Shown here: positions 8,951-16,887 of the stretch, piece by piece
How positions within the stretch are numbered: the first letter of the stretch is position 1
Layout of the letters: every line of letters starts with the position of its first letter
Made by a program: the position numbers and the translations under genes
Assembly (NCBI GenBank): GCA_035402765.1
Contig: DAONDX010000001.1
Coordinates: 13,090-77,089, forward strand
DNA from: Candidatus Omnitrophota bacterium
Lineage (GTDB): Bacteria > Omnitrophota > Gorgyraeia > Gygaellales > Profunditerraquicolaceae
Length of the DNA: 64,000 bases
Direction of reading: 5' to 3'
The notes under the pieces: generated by a model
Databases searched by the model: none
Seen by the model: only the letters and a program-made list of their open reading frames with translations
Told to the model about the DNA's origin: nothing

Positions 8951-8973
8951 CCCGCACCTTCCTTCTAATTCAA

Positions 8974-9002
8974 TTTATAAAACCGTAAATTTTAAATGTT
9001 AA
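8974..9002 (-). promoter_or_regulatory. candidate promoter for rodZ (minus strand TTAACA-17-TATAAA)
   Basis: The reverse-complement of 8974-9002 reads TTAACATTTAAAATTTACGGTTTTATAAA, about 25 nt upstream of the rodZ SD. Confidence 0.3.
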
Positions 9003-9030
9003 ATTTTTAGAGGGGATGGGGTTCATCCCC
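9000..9030 (-). terminator. candidate intrinsic terminator downstream of ftsK
   Basis: The minus-strand RNA reads GGGGAUGAACCCCAUCCCC (7-bp stem, 5-nt loop) followed by UCUAAAAAUUU. The U tract is weak. Confidence 0.3.
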
Positions 9031-9051
9031 ACTGCCTTCTTGTTAGCAATA

Positions 9052-11244
9052 CTATTTATCTATAGGATTACCGCTGGTTAAATCTTTAAGCCAAGCCTCC
9101 CGATCCACTAAAATCCGGCGCGGCTTACTTCCTTCGAACGGCCCGACTAAACCTTCCAATTCCATCATATCAATAATACGCGCGGCACGCGTATACCCTA
9201 AACGCATACGTCTTTGTAATATAGAAACTGAAGCCTGATTGCTTTCCATAATCACCCGGACCGCCTCATCATAAAGCTCATCTTTATCGCCGCCGCCGGC
9301 TGAACTATTTTTCTGCTGATCCTTAAGAATTTGGTCATCATAAGCCGGTTCGCCCTGAGCTTTGATAAAACCTACTACTCGCTCGATCTCGGCATCTTTA
9401 ACTAAAGCCCCCTGAATACGGATCAAATCTTCTTTCCCGGGCTGTAAAAACAGCATATCTCCTTTGCCTAATAACGCTTCGGCACCGTTGCTATCCAAAA
9501 CTGTACGCGAATCCACTTTAGAGGCTACCTTAAAAGATACGCGCGCCGGTAAGTTAGCCTTAATTACTCCGGTAATTACATCTACGCTTGGACGCTGTGT
9601 AGCTAAGATCAAATGTATCCCTACTGCCCGCGATAACTGCGCCAGGCGGGTAATCGCATTTTCGATCTGATCACGGGCGACACTCATTAAATCCGCGAAC
9701 TCATCAACGATTACAATAATGTAAGGGATCTTTTCCTGTTTTTCATTATAAGCCTCAATGTTCCTGGCTCCGGCTTTAGATAAAAGCACATAGCGCGACT
9801 CCATCTCGGAAACCACCCAATTAAGAGCAACCGCGGCTTTTTTAGCGTCAGTAACTACGGGACATAAAAGATGCGGCAGGCCGTTAAAAGGCATCAATTC
9901 TACCATTTTAGGATCGATCATCAAAAACTTCAGGTCATTGGGAGAATCCCGGAAAAGTAATGACAGGATGCAGGTATTTACGCAAACAGTTTTACCGCTA
10001 CCGGTAGTCCCGGCAATCAACAAATGCGGCATATCATCTAAATCCCCGAATACGGAGCGGCCCGTAATATCTTTGCCCAAAGCTATAGTCAAAGGAGATT
10101 TTTGTTTATGATATTCCGCGGAGGTAAGCAGATCGCGGATACAAACTAAACTGCTTTGCAAATTAGGCACCTCTACCCCGACCCTGCCCTTTCCCGGAAT
10201 GGGGGCAATAATCCTGATTGACTGGGCCTTAATCGCCAAAGCAATATCATCACTTAAATTCTCGATCCGGTTAATCTTGACTCCGGCAGCAGGTTCGAGT
10301 TCATAGCGGGTAATTACCGGGCCGCGGATAATATCCGTAACTTTTGCCGAAATACCAAAATCCTCTAAAGTGTTTTCCAGGGTCCTGGCGCAATCCTCCA
10401 AATCTTCTTTCATCTGTTTAGAATCCGAAGGAGACGGCATATCTAATAGCTCAACGGACGGCAAATGATAATCCCCGATCTTTAAATCACCGGGCTTTGG
10501 CTTTATTTCTTCGGTTTGCGGTTTAACTTTATTAATTTGAATCTTTGGCTTCGGCGCGGCTTGAGCTTCCGGCATGAAAATCTTTGGTTTTACCGGCGCG
10601 TTTTCCGGCTCCGGTTTTTTAAGCAAAGCGTTATTTTTGTTATTCAGGCTGGATTTAACTTTTACAACCGCATCTTTTTGCTTTTTATTAATGACCGCTA
10701 AACCCGCAAAAACGGATTTGATCTTACCGATTAACTTAAAAAAAAGCGAGGAGATAAGTTCCTCGTTGAAAAAAGCCCAGCCAATAATTAAAAAAAGGGT
10801 AAAAATAACTGAGGCACCGAATACCGCAAAAGTTCTTGTTACATTAGCGGAAAGTTGGGAGCCGAAGAATCCTGCCGATTGGAATCTCAATAAATCGTTG
10901 TCCAGGTTGAACATCCCGATAAGCGAGCTTAAAGAGATCAGCACCGTAAAAACCCCGATGATGCGCGCAAGACTTATGTAAATTTTATCCTGACGGAAAT
11001 ATTTAATGCCGGCGCGGATCGCCAAAAGAGGAATGATAAAACTGCAGATATTCCCAAAAAACAATATTAAGCAACCGCCCATGTAGGCGCCGAAAACTCC
11101 CAGAAGATTTTTGGGGGGAAAATTGGGATGCGAAGTATAAAAAACAAGGTCCAAACGGTCAAAGCGGATAAGGCTGGCGAGAACCATCAGCCCCACTGCT
11201 ACTAGAACGATGCCCTTGACCTCATTGATTCTTCTTTCTCTCAC
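9052..11244 (-). CDS. ftsK: DNA translocase FtsK
   Basis: 730 aa with N-terminal TM helices, a proline/lysine-rich linker, the Walker A GTTGSGKT in a FtsK/SpoIIIE motor domain and a C-terminal gamma domain. Confidence 0.9.
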   Translation of the reverse strand: MRERRINEVKGIVLVAVGLMVLASLIRFDRLDLVFYTSHPNFPPKNLLGVFGAYMGGCLILFFGNICSFIIPLLAIRAGIKYFRQDKIYISLARIIGVFTVLISLSSLIGMFNLDNDLLRFQSAGFFGSQLSANVTRTFAVFGASVIFTLFLIIGWAFFNEELISSLFFKLIGKIKSVFAGLAVINKKQKDAVVKVKSSLNNKNNALLKKPEPENAPVKPKIFMPEAQAAPKPKIQINKVKPQTEEIKPKPGDLKIGDYHLPSVELLDMPSPSDSKQMKEDLEDCARTLENTLEDFGISAKVTDIIRGPVITRYELEPAAGVKINRIENLSDDIALAIKAQSIRIIAPIPGKGRVGVEVPNLQSSLVCIRDLLTSAEYHKQKSPLTIALGKDITGRSVFGDLDDMPHLLIAGTTGSGKTVCVNTCILSLLFRDSPNDLKFLMIDPKMVELMPFNGLPHLLCPVVTDAKKAAVALNWVVSEMESRYVLLSKAGARNIEAYNEKQEKIPYIIVIVDEFADLMSVARDQIENAITRLAQLSRAVGIHLILATQRPSVDVITGVIKANLPARVSFKVASKVDSRTVLDSNGAEALLGKGDMLFLQPGKEDLIRIQGALVKDAEIERVVGFIKAQGEPAYDDQILKDQQKNSSAGGGDKDELYDEAVRVIMESNQASVSILQRRMRLGYTRAARIIDMMELEGLVGPFEGSKPRRILVDREAWLKDLTSGNPIDK

Positions 11245-11253
11245 TTCTATAAT

Positions 11254-13353
11254 TTAACTACCCTGTTGCGGGGTTTCCGGAGTTTCAGCTTGTTTTTTAC
11301 TTAAATTAATCCTGCCTAATTCATCAATACCGATAACTTTAACTTTAAATTCATCCCCTACTTTAACTACATCGTCAATTTTTTTGACAAAAGTATTGGA
11401 GAGCTCAGATACATGCACCAGCCCCTCTTTGCGCGGAGCCAACTCTACAAATGCGCCGAATTGCATAATCCTTTTTACTTTACCGATATAAATTCTCCCT
11501 ACTTCTACTTCATCGGTAATGGCTTTGATCATTTTGATCGCCGCATCGGATTTAGCCGCATCGATTGAACCCACCAAAACCGTACCGTCATCTTTAATGT
11601 CGATACTGGCTCCGGTAGCCGCGATAATTGCCTTGATTGTCTTACCACCCGGGCCGATAAGTTCTCCGATTTTTTCAGTATTAATCTTTAAAACATCAAT
11701 ACGCGGGGCAAAGCTGGAAAGCTCTTCCCTGGGGCTGTTAAGCGCCGCGCTCATTTTATCTAAAATAAACAACCTTCCTTCTTTCGATTGCGCCAGACAT
11801 TCTTTAAGCAAATCCAGAGAAATCCCGGCGTTCTTAAGATCAAGTTGTACAGCAGTAATTCCTGTACGGGTCCCGGCAACTTTAAAATCCATATCGCCGA
11901 AATGATCCTCTAATCCGGCGATATCCGTTAAAATTGCCGTTTTATCCCCTTCTTTAACCAATCCTAAAGCCACTCCTCCCACTGCTTCTTTGATCGGCAC
12001 CCCGGCATCCATCATCGACAAGGTAGCCGCGCAAACTGAAGCCATACTGCTGGAACCGTTAGATTCTAAAATTTCAGAAACTACCCTTACGGTGTAAGGA
12101 AATTTCTCTTTTGACGGCATTACCGCCAGTAAAGCTTTTTCCGCCAGAGCCCCGTGGCCGATCTCACGCCTGCCGGGACTGCGCACCGGACGAGTTTCAC
12201 CGACGCTAAAAGAAGGAAAATTATAATGCAACATGAAAGACTTCTTTTTTTCTCCGTCTAAAGACTCAATTAATTGCTCGTCTTCTCCGGTACCTAAAGT
12301 AGTCACCGCTAAACTCTGAGTTTGGCCGCGCGTAAAAAGGCTTGAACCATGGGTACGCGGAAGCACAGCAACTTCACAGGTGATCTCCCGAATCTGCTTA
12401 AATGAACGCCCGTCAATACGCAGGCCCTCATCCGAAATCATTTTACGCACCTGTTTTTTTTCAACTTCATGCAAACCGGTGTGGATATCCGCAGCCAGAA
12501 AACCTTCGGCGGTTAGCTGCTCATCCAATTCTTTAGTTAATAAAGCCACTTGCTCTTCACGCTCTTCTTTTTTACTTAATTTATAAACCTTGGCTAATTT
12601 CTGCTGAGAAAGCGCTTCGATCTTCTGCATTAAAGCCGGATCAACCAGTTTTAACGCAACATCAGCTTTTGCCTGGCCATAAAGGCGGGCAAACTCTTCC
12701 TGCAAAGCCAGAATGGGCTTTAAACTATCCATCCCGAATTTTACAGCTTCAAAATATTCCGCTTCAGAAACCTCTTTTGCCTTTGATTCTAGCATTACTA
12801 CGCCATTTTTATTACCGGCGACAACTACTTCTAAATCCGCGCTTTCGGTCTCGCCGTAAGTGGGATTTAATACTAATTCATTATTGATCCGGGCAACCCG
12901 GCAACTGGCTAATGGACCGTTAAAAGGAATATCCGAAATAGACAAAGCGGCGCTGGCCCCGATCAAAGCCAGGACATTCGGGTCATTCTCTCCGTCGCTT
13001 GATAATACCATCGCCATCACCTGCACTTCATTCAAAAATCCTTCAGGGAACAACGGCCGAATAGGCCGGTCAATAAGCCGGCTGCCTAAAATTTCATTTT
13101 CCGAAGGCCTGCCCTCACGTTTAAAAAAACCTCCGGGAATCCTGCCGGCGGCATAAGTTTTTTCCTGGTACTCAACGGTCAACGGAAAAAAATCCTGCCC
13201 TTCTTTAATTGAGCTGGACATGCAAGCAGTAACTAAAATCACGGTTGAGCCGTAAGTAATCGTTACCGAACCATTAGCCTGTTTGGCCAATCTTCCCGTC
13301 TCTATAATAAGGTCATTCTTACCAAATTTAATTTTTAAGCTTTTATTTTGCAT
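11254..13353 (-). CDS. pnp: polyribonucleotide nucleotidyltransferase (PNPase)
   Basis: 699 aa with two RNase PH domains, a KH domain and an S1 domain. Confidence 0.95.
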   Translation of the reverse strand: MQNKSLKIKFGKNDLIIETGRLAKQANGSVTITYGSTVILVTACMSSSIKEGQDFFPLTVEYQEKTYAAGRIPGGFFKREGRPSENEILGSRLIDRPIRPLFPEGFLNEVQVMAMVLSSDGENDPNVLALIGASAALSISDIPFNGPLASCRVARINNELVLNPTYGETESADLEVVVAGNKNGVVMLESKAKEVSEAEYFEAVKFGMDSLKPILALQEEFARLYGQAKADVALKLVDPALMQKIEALSQQKLAKVYKLSKKEEREEQVALLTKELDEQLTAEGFLAADIHTGLHEVEKKQVRKMISDEGLRIDGRSFKQIREITCEVAVLPRTHGSSLFTRGQTQSLAVTTLGTGEDEQLIESLDGEKKKSFMLHYNFPSFSVGETRPVRSPGRREIGHGALAEKALLAVMPSKEKFPYTVRVVSEILESNGSSSMASVCAATLSMMDAGVPIKEAVGGVALGLVKEGDKTAILTDIAGLEDHFGDMDFKVAGTRTGITAVQLDLKNAGISLDLLKECLAQSKEGRLFILDKMSAALNSPREELSSFAPRIDVLKINTEKIGELIGPGGKTIKAIIAATGASIDIKDDGTVLVGSIDAAKSDAAIKMIKAITDEVEVGRIYIGKVKRIMQFGAFVELAPRKEGLVHVSELSNTFVKKIDDVVKVGDEFKVKVIGIDELGRINLSKKQAETPETPQQGS

Positions 13354-13387
13354 GATCGCTCTTTCTTTTTTTTATGGATAGGTTCTT

Positions 13388-13407
13388 CTTGAGTTTACTT
13401 TCTCAAG
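13388..13407 (-). promoter_or_regulatory. rpsO-pnp intercistronic hairpin spanning the rpsO stop codon
   Basis: CTTGAG-N8-CTCAAG with the stop codon in the loop. It sits at the position of the RNase III / autoregulatory hairpin in the classic rpsO-pnp operon. Confidence 0.35.
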
Positions 13408-13664
13408 CTAAGTTTTCCCAGTATCTCTTCATATTTCTTCATATCCTTATCCTTGAGATACTTGAGGAGTCTGCGGCGCCTACTTACCAGTAGCAGTAAC
13501 CCGCGGCGGGAATGGAGATCTTTTTTATGCGATTTAAAATGCAGACCTAAATCATTGATTCTCTCGGTTAAAATCGCTATCTGTACCTCAGCGCTTCCGG
13601 TATCCCTGGCATGCACTTTAAAATCATCAATTAATTTTGCTTTTTGTTCCTTGACCAAAACCAA
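13395..13664 (-). CDS. rpsO: 30S ribosomal protein S15
   Basis: 89 aa with LTERINDL and HSRRGLL. TTG start with SD AAGGGAGGT 6 nt upstream. Confidence 0.9.
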   Translation of the reverse strand: MVLVKEQKAKLIDDFKVHARDTGSAEVQIAILTERINDLGLHFKSHKKDLHSRRGLLLLVSRRRRLLKYLKDKDMKKYEEILGKLSLRK

Positions 13665-13780
13665 ATTTCTACCTCCCTTTTCTTAAAGATTATACGATAA
13701 TTAATTCCACAAGTCAACAGGTTAATATACTGAATAGATTTAATCTGCCGACAGATGAAATTATGGCGATCGGCTATCGG

Positions 13781-13906
13781 TTATTTCTTTTCTAACAGTT
13801 CAATCATTTTATCCAGCTTTTGAATTACTAAAACGCTGAAATAAACAAACCAAACCGTTAAAGCTAATGAAACCAAGCCTGCGATAAAATTTGCGCCGGT
13901 TGCCAT
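13781..13906 (-). CDS. small hydrophobic protein (41 aa, one predicted TM helix), not in the ORF track
   Basis: The ATG is preceded by AAAGGAG with a 4-nt spacer. The translation is MATGANFIAGLVSLALTVWFVYFSVLVIQKLDKMIELLEKK. It lies in an otherwise empty 290-bp gap upstream of rpsO. Confidence 0.4.
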   Translation of the reverse strand: MATGANFIAGLVSLALTVWFVYFSVLVIQKLDKMIELLEKK

Positions 13907-13951
13907 GTGGACTCCTTTTTAATATTTGAATATTCTACCACAAGAAAATGT

Positions 13952-14374
13952 TTATGCAACTTCAATCTCATTAATTTTCTTGCGTCCCAGCTTCTTTTGC
14001 GCCTGGCGCCGCTTACCCTCTAAGATTTTAATTTTAATACTTTTGGGTTTTTGGCGGTTCCGGCGCATAATTTTAGCTTTTAGAGACTGCCTTTGTAAAA
14101 TGCCTTCTTGCATTCGATGTTCGATTTTACTCAATAGAATATGCCGGGCTAAAGAACGATTCAAGAGCTGCGAACGCTGACGCTGGCATTTTACTTCTAA
14201 TCCCGTAGGCAAATGTTTTAGATAAACACAGGTTGAGGTTTTATTTACATTCTGGCCGCCGGGGCCGCTGGAACGGATGAAATTCTCCACAATATCCTCT
14301 TCCCGCACCCCCAGAAGCGCCATTCTTTTTTCCAGCGTCAGATTCTTTTCAACCGCTACTGTCATCAAAATCAC
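13952..14374 (-). CDS. arfB: peptidyl-tRNA hydrolase ArfB (alternative ribosome-rescue factor B)
   Basis: 140 aa with a GGQ motif (SSGPGGQNVNKTST) and a basic C-terminal tail. The start is GTG, or the ATG 9 nt downstream. Confidence 0.8.
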   Translation of the reverse strand: MILMTVAVEKNLTLEKRMALLGVREEDIVENFIRSSGPGGQNVNKTSTCVYLKHLPTGLEVKCQRQRSQLLNRSLARHILLSKIEHRMQEGILQRQSLKAKIMRRNRQKPKSIKIKILEGKRRQAQKKLGRKKINEIEVA

Positions 14375-15027
14375 TCCCTGATTTCCTGATCGATATTTTT
14401 AATCAGGTTATCCAAATCTTTAACCAGCGGCGCCGGAAGCAGCTTAAGCACCGCCACCTCCTGTTTAAGCATCCGTAACTGGCCGAGCAACCTTTTTAAG
14501 ACCGAGCTTCTTTTCTTTTCCGCGGCTTCTTCGGGATCAAGTTCCTGCCTTTGACGGATAATCACCCCCAGATTTTTTTTGATCTCCTGGGCGTCCCGGC
14601 CTTTCTCAAATACCTCTTTTTTCAAATCATGGTAATCGTGCTCATCTAAACTTTTATTATTCTTAGCCTGGCGTAAAATATTAACGGATTCATAACTGGG
14701 AAGATTAACCGGCTGAGCTGAATCAGTATATTCATTCTTTAAATACTGCGGTTCCTCTTTTTCCAGAAAATAATACGATTTGAGCAGTTTCATTGCCGTT
14801 TGCTTACGAATGCCGATCTCGCGGGCCGCATAAACTTCAAAACTAGCATACCCCCATTCCTTATACATCTTATCCTTCCAAACTGAATATAAAGAACGGC
14901 CTAGCTGGATCCAGGAACATTTAAAATTCTTAGCGCTCTCAAGAATATGATAACGCAAAGAATTAACATCCAAATTCTCCATTCTGGACTCAATATTCTT
15001 AAGTGATCTTGATTTTGTCTCTTCCAC
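14371..15027 (-). CDS. hypothetical protein (218 aa); a possible HTH-like segment IGIRKQTAMKLLK and a charged coiled-coil C-terminus
   Basis: A long ORF with codon usage consistent with its neighbours. I recognise no family. Confidence 0.5.
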   Translation of the reverse strand: MEETKSRSLKNIESRMENLDVNSLRYHILESAKNFKCSWIQLGRSLYSVWKDKMYKEWGYASFEVYAAREIGIRKQTAMKLLKSYYFLEKEEPQYLKNEYTDSAQPVNLPSYESVNILRQAKNNKSLDEHDYHDLKKEVFEKGRDAQEIKKNLGVIIRQRQELDPEEAAEKKRSSVLKRLLGQLRMLKQEVAVLKLLPAPLVKDLDNLIKNIDQEIRE

Positions 15028-15044
15028 CTTTTTTAATCCCCCGC

Positions 15045-16106
15045 CTACTGGCCGAAAATAGCCTTCAACTCTTTACCTACCCCTTTATACTGATCAATGA
15101 TCGTTGCCACTTTATCCACCAGCTGCTCCGGGGACTGAGCCGCTAAATTCTTGCCCGCCGCCTTTAAAATTATTTTCTGCAGTTTTTCCTGGCTTAAAGC
15201 CGGATTATCCAGCAAAGTATCGATATCAAATTCTAAATTCAGATTGCCTTTAGTATCGGTAAATAAATCCAGGGCATTTTTTGTCAAATCTAAATTTAAC
15301 AACTCCTGCTGGGCATCGGCATAAACCAAATTTGAAAGATTGAATTTAGTAGAGATGCGCAAAGCATTATTTTTAGAGTTAAAAGTTGAAACTAAATCCA
15401 AGTTAGCGGAAGAAAGTTTGCGGTTAGAAATAAAATTTCCATAATAAACCGAGAATTTCGTTATATCCAGATGCTTAACTTCCAGCTCCGCATCCAGATC
15501 GCGGGCCGGGTAATCAAGCCATCCGCTAAAAGTAACTTCACCAAAAACTTCAGCCTGCCGGCTGAACAGCTGGGCGCTAACGCTAAAGTTTGTCGCTAGA
15601 GAAGTGACTGGAAGAGCGACCTTATTCACCTTAATATTCAACTTAGCTAAAATCACCTGGAAACCTTCGGGGCTAACTTTTTTATCCGTAAAGATTATTT
15701 TACCATCGCGCAAATTAAGGCTGGTTAAATAAATATCCGGAGACTTACCTTTTTGTTCCAAGACCGGCAGGTTCAACTTGCCCTCCGCCGACTGCTCCAG
15801 GGTAATTACCGGTTCAACGATCGTTAAACCGTGAATAACCACTTTGCCGAATAACAGCGCTAACAGATTAGGAGACAAAGATATTTTTTTAATACTGGCT
15901 AGTTGTCCGATCTCTAATCTTTCCAAAGTGATCGTAAACGGGAAACTTAGAGTTATTTTGCCCAGATGGCTTTTTAGTTTCAAATTCTGCTGAATTTGCT
16001 GCTCAACGATCCGGGGGGCATATATCCCGATCAGAATATTAGCGACCAGGAAGAAAACCAAAAGAATACCACAAATCCAAAAAATAATTTTAAACTTTTT
16101 TTTCAT
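15045..16106 (-). CDS. N-terminally membrane-anchored beta-rich protein, AsmA-like/DUF748-like (tentative)
   Basis: A single N-terminal TM helix, then a long repetitive beta-strand region with no catalytic motifs. The family assignment is tentative. Confidence 0.5.
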   Translation of the reverse strand: MKKKFKIIFWICGILLVFFLVANILIGIYAPRIVEQQIQQNLKLKSHLGKITLSFPFTITLERLEIGQLASIKKISLSPNLLALLFGKVVIHGLTIVEPVITLEQSAEGKLNLPVLEQKGKSPDIYLTSLNLRDGKIIFTDKKVSPEGFQVILAKLNIKVNKVALPVTSLATNFSVSAQLFSRQAEVFGEVTFSGWLDYPARDLDAELEVKHLDITKFSVYYGNFISNRKLSSANLDLVSTFNSKNNALRISTKFNLSNLVYADAQQELLNLDLTKNALDLFTDTKGNLNLEFDIDTLLDNPALSQEKLQKIILKAAGKNLAAQSPEQLVDKVATIIDQYKGVGKELKAIFGQ

Positions 16107-16109
16107 CGG

Positions 16110-16838
16110 TTATTTTCCTAAAACTTGCGCGGCTTGAATTCGTGAACGGACGGTATCTCTAAGCAAGGCAAAATCTCCCGCGCCAAAACCTTCAGTATCC
16201 ACGGGCTCAAGAACAATAACTTCTGCGGCAACTTTAGTCTTAAAAATCCAGCTACCCTTAGGAATGGCTTTTTGCGTTCCCCTTAAGCAAATCGGCAGAA
16301 TAGGCTTTTTCTCTTTAATCGCCAGTTTAAACGCTCCATTCTGGAACTGCCCCATTTCATCGGTACTGCTGCGCGTTCCTTCCGGAAAAAATAACACCGA
16401 CATATCTTTGCGCAACCAATTACTTGCCTGATGATAGATTTCTTTAATACTGGCAAAATCACCCCGGGTGAGTTTAATATGCTTAATCAAGCTTAAACAC
16501 CAACCGATAAAAGGAACACTGAACAAACTAGCCTTAGCTACCCACTTAAACTGGCATTTAATCTGGTAAAGCACGACAATATCCGCCATGCTTTGGTGGT
16601 TAGCAATGATCACATAAGTCTTTTTAGGATCAATGTGTTCGAGACCGCTGACTTTAAGACTCCAATAAGGATTTAAACCAATCAAAGAATCCGACCACCA
16701 GAAACACTGCCGATGAGTGATCTTCTTCTTTTTATCGAACGGAAAAAGCAGGATATTTAAAACAAAGACGGCCAAAAAAAGCAGGATGGTCAATAACCCG
16801 CTACCGACCCAAATAAATACAGAAATAATCGCGTTCAT
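16110..16838 (-). CDS. plsC: 1-acyl-sn-glycerol-3-phosphate acyltransferase
   Basis: Acyltransferase motifs NHQSMAD (H-x4-D) and FPEGTRS, with an N-terminal TM helix. Confidence 0.8.
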   Translation of the reverse strand: MNAIISVFIWVGSGLLTILLFLAVFVLNILLFPFDKKKKITHRQCFWWSDSLIGLNPYWSLKVSGLEHIDPKKTYVIIANHQSMADIVVLYQIKCQFKWVAKASLFSVPFIGWCLSLIKHIKLTRGDFASIKEIYHQASNWLRKDMSVLFFPEGTRSSTDEMGQFQNGAFKLAIKEKKPILPICLRGTQKAIPKGSWIFKTKVAAEVIVLEPVDTEGFGAGDFALLRDTVRSRIQAAQVLGK

Positions 16839-16887
16839 TCTCTTACCTGACTATATCCCAAATCCCGGGGGTTGTCAACTTTTAGAT

